Source of the DNA: Bacteroidales bacterium
Lineage (GTDB): Bacteria; Bacteroidota; Bacteroidia; Bacteroidales; F082
Length of the DNA stretch: 64,000 nt
Assembly: GCA_045655965.1 (NCBI GenBank)
Contig: JAZOQH010000015.1
Location: 212-64,211 of the forward strand
Reading direction: 5' to 3'
Below are positions 57,078 to 64,000 of the stretch, piece after piece. The notes below the pieces were generated by a model. It was given only the letters and a program-made list of their open reading frames with translations. It was not told the DNA's origin and did not search any database. Made by a program: the position numbers and the translations under genes. Each line of letters begins with the position of its first letter. The first letter of the stretch is position 1.

Positions 57078-57250
57078 TTTGAAATTCAGAATCTCAAAAT
57101 CTCAGAACCTCAGATTTTTTTCTGGGGTTCTTTTTTTTAAATCTCAGAAATTCAGAATCTCAAAAACTCAGAACCTCAGATTTTTTGAAGTCCTGAGATT
57201 CTGAGTTTTTTATTTCTAAAATTCTAGAGTTCTAAATTTCTAGATTTCTC
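57078..57250. repeat. arrays (aattcaga/atctcaaa/atctcaga/acctcaga; ctgagatt; ttctagag/ttctaaat) between nhaA and the GH110-like gene
   Basis: Seen directly. The last 8 codons of the GH110-like ORF (EKSRNLEL*) are encoded by the array. Confidence 0.9.
57101..57138. terminator. bidirectional hairpin module (gaacctcaga…tctggggttc), copy 2
   Basis: The reverse complement aaaaaaaagaaccccagaaaaaaatctgaggttctgag matches 40939-40977 except for an indel of about 2 nt. Confidence 0.6.
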
Positions 57251-59011
57251 CAAAAGTATTTCTTTCTGATTCCAATGGAATGGTTTGTAGTCGTTGTTTC
57301 TCGTCACCTTGTTCTTACGGAAAATCAAGCCATCGACGGATTTAGCATATAACAAAGGCTTGTCGAAAGTAATGAAATGATTCTTCTCGATGACGATAGC
57401 GTCTTTCTTTCCGCCATGAAAATACAAGAGCTGATTCTCCAGATCTGGTATCTCCGGATATATAGAGATGACCGCATTGGTGAATTGGAACATATTTGTC
57501 AGAGCGTTGACGAATGTGTTATTTTTTATTAACAAATCACGGACAGCACCCGATTCATACCAGCCGTTACAATCTCCACATAATAAAATGGCTGTCCCTG
57601 AAGTATGGTCGAAGAGATTATCTTCGCACACCGTTCTCAATGGCGAACTGAACAGAGCGCCTCTCGCCCTGTTGTTTCTCACTATATTATGACTGAAAAC
57701 GACTTCCGGAGTCCAGCTGAGATTCTCTATTCCGAATGAAGTGTCAGCATTGATTTCTTTTGGAAGTTCATCTTCAAATGTGATGATAAATGCTTTCGCT
57801 CCTTTAACGGTTTCCTTGTCGTAAGGTCTTATTTCTTTAATTATGTTAATATTTTTTAACATTTCCATTGTCTTGCTTTTCACGAAGCAGACACTGTCGC
57901 CAGCATCGCCCCAAGCGAATCCCCACGCCTGACCATGTTCATAACTACAAATCAAGGTGTTGTCGTTGCGACGTTCTTTCACTTTAAGATAAATGCCGTG
58001 AACATTGATGGCATCGTCCATCATACCTTCGTAGAGACCATTTTCGGAACGTATCATTCCTTTGCATTGAGAGAAATGAGTTGCATCGGCCTGGGTTGTG
58101 AAATAACGAGCGTCATTTTCTTTAAGACACACATTAAAACGATTCAAGCGGATATCGCAGCAACGTTGTGCTAGAAGTCCCATCCCTTCAGCATAATGAA
58201 CCGTGACATTATTAATGTATGTGTCGTTGCTATGATCGAGGAAGATGCCCGGAGCAGGACGCCACCATGTGCGCATCGCCACCATCGTCCCAGGTTTAAG
58301 ACGTTTGTCTTTCCAGTTAGGAGCATGAAGCAAACGATTGCCCACCTCTTCTACCTGCTTGGTGTCAATCCATAAATCGCTGGTGTTATATACGATATGA
58401 CGAGACTCCTTTTCAAAAGCGATGCCTGTATTTTGCTGATATTTCCATCCTTCGCCGTAAGTCTCGAAGACGCCGTTCTCGTTGATACGATAGTTAACCC
58501 AAGGTTCAACGCGAAAAGTGATACCTTCGTTTTCATCATTATTTATCACCTCGACCTGAGCGATATGAGGATTTTCAAAATCGATGGAGAAGTTTTTCAA
58601 TGTGACATTAGAGGAGCCGACGACGGCAAGGGGCAGCATCTGTCCGTGAAAGATAAACTCCGAACCCTTGCCGTCGAGGGTGAGATTATCCCATTTTTCC
58701 AGACAAATACCTACTACCTTAGGTTGATTTTGATCGTGGTTAGAGACGTAATATTCGCGTTGCAGAGCATCGTGAGGATAGAAGTCGTAGCGACCCTTCT
58801 TGAGTTTCACGACCACCTCGTCATCTTCTTCGACAGAAGACTTTATCATATCAAGAATCGCGTTGAGACGAGAGGCGTTGTCTTTTCTGTTCTCATCAGG
58901 CAAGAAAAAATAAGGCGCTCCTGAAATATCGACCACAACTTTCTTCGCCTCAAGCGACAAAGAGAACATAAATACTATTATAAATATTAAGGTTTTTATG
59001 TATTTGTTCAT
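57224..59011 (-). CDS. right-handed parallel beta-helix glycosidase, probably GH110 alpha-1,3-galactosidase-like
   Basis: 595 aa with a signal peptide. REYYVSNHDQNQPKVVGI…LTLDGKGSEFIFHG…LKNFSIDFENPHIAQVEV matches my memory of Bacteroides GH110 enzymes. Pectate-lyase-like repeats follow (NRARGALF…). Confidence 0.55.
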   Translation of the reverse strand: MNKYIKTLIFIIVFMFSLSLEAKKVVVDISGAPYFFLPDENRKDNASRLNAILDMIKSSVEEDDEVVVKLKKGRYDFYPHDALQREYYVSNHDQNQPKVVGICLEKWDNLTLDGKGSEFIFHGQMLPLAVVGSSNVTLKNFSIDFENPHIAQVEVINNDENEGITFRVEPWVNYRINENGVFETYGEGWKYQQNTGIAFEKESRHIVYNTSDLWIDTKQVEEVGNRLLHAPNWKDKRLKPGTMVAMRTWWRPAPGIFLDHSNDTYINNVTVHYAEGMGLLAQRCCDIRLNRFNVCLKENDARYFTTQADATHFSQCKGMIRSENGLYEGMMDDAINVHGIYLKVKERRNDNTLICSYEHGQAWGFAWGDAGDSVCFVKSKTMEMLKNINIIKEIRPYDKETVKGAKAFIITFEDELPKEINADTSFGIENLSWTPEVVFSHNIVRNNRARGALFSSPLRTVCEDNLFDHTSGTAILLCGDCNGWYESGAVRDLLIKNNTFVNALTNMFQFTNAVISIYPEIPDLENQLLYFHGGKKDAIVIEKNHFITFDKPLLYAKSVDGLIFRKNKVTRNNDYKPFHWNQKEILLEKSRNLEL

Positions 59012-59044
59012 ATTTAATTTTTAGCAAAGATAAATATTCTTTGA

Positions 59045-59060
59045 TAAATTTGTAAATTTG
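59045..59060 (+). promoter_or_regulatory. two tandem -7 boxes TAAATTTG-TAAATTTG upstream of sdaA
   Basis: Direct duplication seen, 45 nt before the ATG at 59106. Confidence 0.4.
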
Positions 59061-59105
59061 TGCTTCGAAAAATGTTCTCATTTTAGAAACAACTTTTTAA
59101 CCAAT

Positions 59106-60317
59106 ATGAAGACAATTAAAGAAATATATCGCATCGGTCACGGACCTTCGAGCAGTCACACAATGGCACCACGTCGTGCTTCAGAACAATTCCTTGCTCG
59201 TAACCTAGAGGCCGCTCGTTTTGAAGTAACATTATATGGCAGCCTTGCAGCAACAGGCAAAGGCCACTTGACCGACGTCGCTATCTTAGACGTCCTCGAG
59301 AAAAAAGCACCAGTGAAAATCATCTGGGAAAATGAAATATTCCTTCCTTATCATCCTAATGGAATGACATTTAAGTCTTTCAACAACGAAAACGTACTGA
59401 TGGAAGAATGGACAGTATATAGCGTTGGCGGCGGTGCCTTGGAAGAAGAAGGCAAGAAAAACACATCACCCGACATCTACCCTATCACCAAGATGACAGA
59501 GATCTTAAACTGGTGTGAAGACACCGGCAAAGGTTTCTGGGAATATGTCAACGACATTGAAAACGACCCATATCTCATGGATTATCTTGAAGAGGTATGG
59601 CAGACCATGCAGAACGCAGTGGAACGCGGGCTTCAGGCAGAAGGCCGTTTGCCAGGTCCTCTCAACTTGCCACGTAAGGCAGCCAACTATTACATCAAGT
59701 CGATGGGTTATCAACGCACTTTGAAAAGTCGTGGCGCCGTGTTCTCATACGCTCTTGCCGTCAGTGAAGAAAACGCATCAGGCGGTCTTATCGTCACTGC
59801 CCCTACCTGCGGCTCATCTGGTGTATTGCCTGCTGTCCTTTATCACTCAGCCAAGGCTTACGATATAGCAAAGCCACGTATTATCAAAGCCATTGCCACC
59901 GCTGGTCTCTTTGGCAACATCGCTAAGGCCAACGCATCCATCTCTGGAGCAGAGGTAGGATGTCAAGGTGAGATAGGCGTCGCCTGTGCTATGGCGGCAG
60001 CAGCGGTATGTCAACTCTTCGGAGGAAGCTGCGCACAGATAGAATACTCGGCAGAGATGGCTCTCGAGCATCACCTCGGAATGACATGCGACCCAGTATG
60101 CGGTCTCGTACAGATACCTTGCATTGAACGTAACGCCTTCGCAGCAGCACGCGCCATGGATGCTAATATCTTCGCGACATATACCGACGGAACTCACAGA
60201 GTGTCATACGACAAAGTAGTTGAGACAATGAAAAACACTGGCCACGACATGCCTCATCTCTACAGAGAGACATCCATCGGCGGACTAGCTCAAAACTACG
60301 AACAAATGGATTATTAA
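59106..60317 (+). CDS. sdaA: L-serine ammonia-lyase (Fe-S type, fused beta/alpha)
   Basis: [28 protein letters not shown] and [14 protein letters not shown] motifs. I prefer the ATG at 59106 over the TTG at 59058. Tandem TAAATTTG boxes lie upstream. Confidence 0.9.
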   Translation: MKTIKEIYRIGHGPSSSHTMAPRRASEQFLARNLEAARFEVTLYGSLAATGKGHLTDVAILDVLEKKAPVKIIWENEIFLPYHPNGMTFKSFNNENVLMEEWTVYSVGGGALEEEGKKNTSPDIYPITKMTEILNWCEDTGKGFWEYVNDIENDPYLMDYLEEVWQTMQNAVERGLQAEGRLPGPLNLPRKAANYYIKSMGYQRTLKSRGAVFSYALAVSEENASGGLIVTAPTCGSSGVLPAVLYHSAKAYDIAKPRIIKAIATAGLFGNIAKANASISGAEVGCQGEIGVACAMAAAAVCQLFGGSCAQIEYSAEMALEHHLGMTCDPVCGLVQIPCIERNAFAAARAMDANIFATYTDGTHRVSYDKVVETMKNTGHDMPHLYRETSIGGLAQNYEQMDY

Positions 60318-60380
60318 TAATTAGAAATGTGAAATTAGGAATTAGGAATTAAAATTAAATTCTCGTTCCTAATTCCTAAT
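60318..60380. repeat. inverted arrays (aattagga x3 … ttcctaat x2)
   Basis: Seen directly after the sdaA stop. Confidence 0.85.
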
Positions 60381-60387
60381 AAAAAAG

Positions 60388-60957
60388 ATGAAAAGACTAT
60401 TTCTAGCTATACCGATAAAAACTACCGACAATGATTTCGTGCCGCTCCTCGACGGACTGAAACGTCAGCTGGCTCACGAGAAAAGAATCAACTGGGTAAA
60501 ACCTAGTCATATCCATCTCACATTGAAATTCATAGGCGACACTCATCCAGATGAGATACCTAAGATCATCGATGAGATTGGCGAGATGGTAAAGAAACAC
60601 AAGAGTTTCACGATGGACTTCAACAGAACAGGTATCTTCGGCAGCCGATATGCGCCAAGAGTGTTATGGCTCGGGATGCAGAACACACCACAAGAACTCC
60701 TCGACTTGGAAGAAGACACTCTCACCTCCTTCGACAAACTAGGATTCCTCCGCGACAGACAAAATTTCGTCCCACACATCACATTAGGACGTATCAAGGA
60801 GTTATGCGAGAAACAGTATTTCCAGAAAATCGTAGCTGGAATAGAACAGAAGTCTTACATACGACAAGAAGTCAAAGAGATAATATTATTCCAAAGCTTC
60901 TTACGCCCTGAAGGCGCAGTATATAAAGTGATAAAGAAGTTTGGGTTAGAGGGTTGA
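60388..60957 (+). CDS. thpR: RNA 2',3'-cyclic phosphodiesterase (2H family, LigT/ThpR)
   Basis: 189 aa with two HxTx motifs (HLTLKF, HITLGR) at the typical spacing. Confidence 0.85.
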   Translation: MKRLFLAIPIKTTDNDFVPLLDGLKRQLAHEKRINWVKPSHIHLTLKFIGDTHPDEIPKIIDEIGEMVKKHKSFTMDFNRTGIFGSRYAPRVLWLGMQNTPQELLDLEEDTLTSFDKLGFLRDRQNFVPHITLGRIKELCEKQYFQKIVAGIEQKSYIRQEVKEIILFQSFLRPEGAVYKVIKKFGLEG

Positions 60958-60981
60958 GATATCTCCCTCTAGTCCCTCTAA
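60945..60981. repeat. inverted words ttagaggg/ttgag … ccctctag/tccctcta spanning the thpR stop
   Basis: Seen directly. It encodes the terminal …GLEG*. Confidence 0.75.
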
Positions 60982-61023
60982 AAAAGTTTTTTCTGCAAGT
61001 CTTTTTCGTATTTAAAAAAGTTA

Positions 61024-61031
61024 TATCTTTG
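61024..61031 (+). promoter_or_regulatory. -7 box TATCTTTG upstream of tRNA-Ala
   Basis: Exact TAnnTTTG, 14 nt before the mature 5' end. Confidence 0.5.
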
Positions 61032-61045
61032 CAGTCTCAAATGAT

Positions 61046-61119
61046 GGGGCATTAGCTCAGTTGGCTAGAGCGTTTGACTGGCAGTCAAGAGGTCATGAGT
61101 TCGATTCTCATATGCTCCA
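61046..61119 (+). tRNA. tRNA-Ala (anticodon GGC)
   Basis: 74-nt cloverleaf folded by hand. Acceptor GGGGCAT/ATGCTCC with G3:U70; D arm GCTC-AGTTGGCTA-GAGC; anticodon stem TTTGA/TCAAG; loop CTGGCAG; T arm ATGAG-TTCGATT-CTCAT; discriminator A. CCA is not encoded. A TATCTTTG box lies 15 nt upstream and a terminator downstream. Confidence 0.93.
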
Positions 61120-61127
61120 CATAACAT

Positions 61128-61164
61128 CAAGAGAACGCTTTTTTTAAGTGTTCTCTTGTTTTTT
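61128..61164 (+). terminator. terminator after tRNA-Ala
   Basis: caagagaac…gttctcttg stem followed by tttttt. Confidence 0.8.
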
Positions 61165-61193
61165 ATCTTATCAAAAACAGTATAAAAGACATC

Positions 61194-62414
61194 ATGGATT
61201 CTTCAGTATTAAAGTTTTCCGACATCGTTGCAGCACGTAGCACATTGAGAGGCGTTGCAAAATTAACTTCTATAAGTCATTCTAAATCATTCTCTCAAAT
61301 GTCTGGCGCCAACATCTTCATGAAATTGGAGAATATGCAGACGACAGGCGCTTTCAAGGTAAGAGGTGCGTATAACAAATTAGCCAATTTATCACCTGAA
61401 GAAAGAGCGAAGGGCGTTGTGGCAGCATCAGCGGGCAACCACGCACAAGGTGTAGCTTTCTCAGCAACAAAACTCGGCATGCAAAGCACTATCTTCATGC
61501 CTATCTTCACTCCTCCTTTGAAGGTTCTCGCAACAAAAGGCTACGGCGCTAACGTGGTGCTCACTGGTGAATCATTCGACGATTCTTTCCTCGCATCACA
61601 GGAATACACCAAACAACATGATGCTTCATACATACATCCTTTCAACGACCCGCTCATCATCGCTGGTCAAGGCACTATTGGATTGGAGATTTACGAACAA
61701 CAACCTGATGTTGACGCTGTCATCGTGCCTATCGGCGGCGGCGGTCTCATCGCAGGTATCGCGATGGCGATAAAAGAGATGAATCCTAAGGTAAGAGTAA
61801 TAGGCGTCAACGCTGCTGGCGCTGCTTCTATGGTGGCATCAAGAAACGCCAACGAAATCGTCTCTCTCCCTTCTGTATCGACAATCGCTGACGGTATCGC
61901 AGTGAAGACTCCTGGCACACTCACCTTCGAAATCATCCAGAAATATGTCGATGACATCGTAAGTGTGACAGACACTGAGATTGCACACGCTGCATATCTC
62001 CTGCTCCAACGTGGCAAGTTGCTCGCTGAGCCAGCAGGCGTCACCTCGGTGGCAGCAGCGCTCTTCAACAAAGTAGATCTCAAAGGAAAGAACGTCGTTC
62101 CTGTCGTCAGCGGCGGTAACATCAATATGCGCCTCCTTGAACAGATAATAGAAAAAGGCATGGTGGAAGAAGGTCTCAGAGCATCTATCAGACTCATCAT
62201 CCCTGACCAGTCAGGCGAACTCAAGAGAGTGCTCTCTATATTCGAAGGTCTTAAGGTCAACATCTACGACATCAAACACGAGCGCTCCTTAAGCAGAGTG
62301 GAAGTCGGAAAATCTTTGGTGACAATAAGCATGAACCTCCAAGATCAGAAGCAACTCAACACCATCATGGCAATGCTCCAAGAACACGGAATCAATTGCG
62401 AAATAGCATCTTGA
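61194..62414 (+). CDS. threonine ammonia-lyase (threonine dehydratase), short form with one C-terminal ACT-like domain
   Basis: PLP lysine context KLENMQTTGAFKVRGA, SAGNHAQG and PIGGGGLIAG, plus a regulatory tail of about 80 aa. Confidence 0.9.
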   Translation: MDSSVLKFSDIVAARSTLRGVAKLTSISHSKSFSQMSGANIFMKLENMQTTGAFKVRGAYNKLANLSPEERAKGVVAASAGNHAQGVAFSATKLGMQSTIFMPIFTPPLKVLATKGYGANVVLTGESFDDSFLASQEYTKQHDASYIHPFNDPLIIAGQGTIGLEIYEQQPDVDAVIVPIGGGGLIAGIAMAIKEMNPKVRVIGVNAAGAASMVASRNANEIVSLPSVSTIADGIAVKTPGTLTFEIIQKYVDDIVSVTDTEIAHAAYLLLQRGKLLAEPAGVTSVAAALFNKVDLKGKNVVPVVSGGNINMRLLEQIIEKGMVEEGLRASIRLIIPDQSGELKRVLSIFEGLKVNIYDIKHERSLSRVEVGKSLVTISMNLQDQKQLNTIMAMLQEHGINCEIAS

Positions 62415-62453
62415 TAGAACTTTAGAATTCTAGAACTCTAGAATTTTAGAAAA
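62415..62453. repeat. 8-nt array (tagaactt/tagaattc/tagaactc/tagaattt)
   Basis: Seen directly after the threonine dehydratase stop. Confidence 0.85.
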
Positions 62454-62457
62454 TATT

Positions 62458-62491
62458 GAAAAAATCTCGATTTTTTAATCGGGATTTTTTT
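62458..62491 (+). terminator. terminator after the threonine dehydratase gene
   Basis: aaaaaatctcgatt tttt aatcgggattttttt. Confidence 0.75.
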
Positions 62492-62565
62492 GTTTTTTAA
62501 AATATTAGTTTATAACTTAGCATTCTGAAAATAAACGCATTAATAAACCTTAAAATCATACTGCC

Positions 62566-63009
62566 ATGTGGAGAGCAATCAAACGAATCTTCTTTATTGC
62601 ACTAGCGTTTGCATTGATGATAGTCTTTCATCGATACAGCGTAAACAAATTCGACAAAACAGACAAGACTGTTAATTTAATGGAGAAAATATCTACATCT
62701 TACAAAGACTACTCACTATCGAGTTTTAAAGTTGAGAAAGACAAGATGATAGATTATGCGAAAATCCTGCATCAGAAAGAACTTGCAGAAGGCAAGACCG
62801 ATGACGAGTTTGAAGGATTTACCATCGTCTCTTATTGTTGGAAGGCATTGGATGAATATAAAGATGAAATCAATGTCACCAATAGTCTCTCGTTGTTTCT
62901 ACCTTTGATAGCAGCAATTATGATATTAGTAGCGATTATAGTCTCGATACGACTCGGACTAAGCGCAATTCGTAAACTTGATTTTGACAACGACGCAACA
63001 GCATATTAA
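62566..63009 (+). CDS. hypothetical small membrane protein (two terminal TM helices around a soluble domain of about 85 aa)
   Basis: 147-aa ORF with TM helices IFFIALAFALMIVF and LFLPLIAAIMILVAIIVSI. Its stop codon overlaps the Shine-Dalgarno site of the next ORF. Confidence 0.6.
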   Translation: MWRAIKRIFFIALAFALMIVFHRYSVNKFDKTDKTVNLMEKISTSYKDYSLSSFKVEKDKMIDYAKILHQKELAEGKTDDEFEGFTIVSYCWKALDEYKDEINVTNSLSLFLPLIAAIMILVAIIVSIRLGLSAIRKLDFDNDATAY

Positions 63010-63021
63010 GGAGGATTGGTT

Positions 63022-64000
63022 ATGGCAAATTATAGAGATGCAAAAAAGATTAGTTTCTCCCAAGCGGAAGAAAATCGTTTTCGTCAGTTGTTCAACGATT
63101 GGGCGAAGTCAATAAAAGGTTATAACCGCAACAATTTAGGCAACCAGCTGAAGATTGTAGAAGTATGGGACACTCCTATCTATCGCGGATTGCTTAAGAC
63201 ACAATATGACAACCGTACGCTTAAACAAACATACGAAAGAATTGGTGGAAGAACGTTCCCTCCAAGGACCATAAGCAGCGAGTCGCAGATAAACCGCTGG
63301 TCTTTGGCGTCGCCTCCTAAAGATTTTACCAACAATGAGAAATCGTATTTGGTACCTGGTTCACAGTATATTGACGGATGTCATACTTGTCATGCCACAG
63401 GCAAGGTCAATTGTAGCAGATGTAGCGGTAAAGGTACGATTCTAGTTCCATATACTGTAAAACAACCTTGTCCGAAATGTGGCGGCAGAGGTTCTGTTCA
63501 AGTTACTAATAGAGAGCTTGAACAATATAACACCAGCGAAGGGTTGAAAGCTCGTTACGTAGATAAAACAAGGACCGTGAGTTGCTCCAGTTGTAGTGGC
63601 AGAGGATATCATGAAGTTCAATCGTATAGAGAAGAGTCCTGCCCAACATGTCACGGTACAGGCAAAGTGATTTGCGGCACTTGTGGAGGCGACAGAAATC
63701 TTGTAAGATACTGGCAGCTGCATTGCAGTCATTATACCAAGACTTATGTGGATTATCGTTTCCCTGCACAGGTTCCTTCTGACGAAATCCCAAAGATTAT
63801 AAAGTTGTTCAACAACAGCACTCCATGGCGCGTGATGGAGAAGATGAATGTCGACAAAGAGAATTTCGACAAAAACGACTTGGCATCACGTCCTATAGTT
63901 GGAAGCATGTTGTCGAGATTACCAAATAGAGTTGAGCATCTTACGCATACCGTTGTCTGTTTCAATCTTTTAGAATCGTGTGAATGTGAAGCAAAGACCG
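63022..64000 (+). CDS. protein with six DnaJ-type CxxCxGxG zinc-finger motifs (no J domain), 3' partial
   Basis: I translated this frame by hand. It is open from the ATG at 63022 to the window end (326 codons) and was not in the supplied ORF track because it is incomplete. Motifs: CHTCHATGKV, CSRCSGKGT, CPKCGGRGS, CSSCSGRGY, CPTCHGTGKV, CGTCGGDRN (63379-63690). AAGGAGG lies 7 nt upstream of the ATG. Confidence 0.75.
   Translation, partial: MANYRDAKKISFSQAEENRFRQLFNDWAKSIKGYNRNNLGNQLKIVEVWDTPIYRGLLKTQYDNRTLKQTYERIGGRTFPPRTISSESQINRWSLASPPKDFTNNEKSYLVPGSQYIDGCHTCHATGKVNCSRCSGKGTILVPYTVKQPCPKCGGRGSVQVTNRELEQYNTSEGLKARYVDKTRTVSCSSCSGRGYHEVQSYREESCPTCHGTGKVICGTCGGDRNLVRYWQLHCSHYTKTYVDYRFPAQVPSDEIPKIIKLFNNSTPWRVMEKMNVDKENFDKNDLASRPIVGSMLSRLPNRVEHLTHTVVCFNLLESCECEAKT

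Noticed and set aside
61046-62566. tRNA-Ala as an integration site for a genomic island containing the downstream genes.
   Set aside because: There is no integrase, and I could not see a direct repeat of the tRNA 3' end by eye. The next gene (threonine dehydratase) is core metabolism. Only the module from 62566 onward looks atypical.

Overview
This is a 64-kb chromosomal window from a low-GC Bacteroidota genome that looks Bacteroidales-like. Five secreted proteins carry T9SS C-terminal sorting domains, many genes have TAnnTTTG -7 promoter boxes, and Shine-Dalgarno sites are almost absent. I support 42 protein-coding ORFs and one tRNA-Ala(GGC). Two of the ORFs are halves of one alpha-2-macroglobulin gene split by a frameshift, and one ORF is cut by the window end. 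The content is mostly core, with a strong peptide and amino-acid catabolism theme. It includes a Na+-pumping methylmalonyl-CoA decarboxylase operon (mce, mmdA, two OadG-like genes, mmdC, mmdB), periplasmic asparaginase with a porin, and L-serine and threonine dehydratases. It also has DPP4, an M49 DPP3-like enzyme, an S46 DPP7/11 enzyme, and M1, M6 and S8 peptidases, plus leuS, rsmI, hemW, nhaA, a PlsC-like acyltransferase and a GGGP synthase. I saw no transposase, integrase, CRISPR array or rRNA. The unusual signal is sequence architecture, not a gene cluster. (1) Degenerate tandem arrays with a 7-8-nt period, often as inverted arms, fill about twenty regions downstream of stop codons. They are absent from all six divergent promoter regions. 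(2) The same words sit inside at least seven coding sequences with the reading frame kept open, and they supply the last codons and stop codons of several genes. One copy coincides with the frameshift that splits the alpha-2-macroglobulin gene. (3) A roughly 50-nt palindromic element with GTAGAGACG...CGTCT ends occurs four times, once inside a CDS. (4) LeuRS carries an in-frame segment of about 110 aa that resembles a DUF559/Vsr-like PD-(D/E)xK nuclease domain, just upstream of KMSKS. (5) The last 1.4 kb holds a two-gene module: a small membrane protein and a protein with six CxxCxGxG zinc-finger motifs. It has a canonical Shine-Dalgarno site that is atypical for this genome, and it runs off the window. 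All homology calls come from motif recognition by eye; no searches were run.
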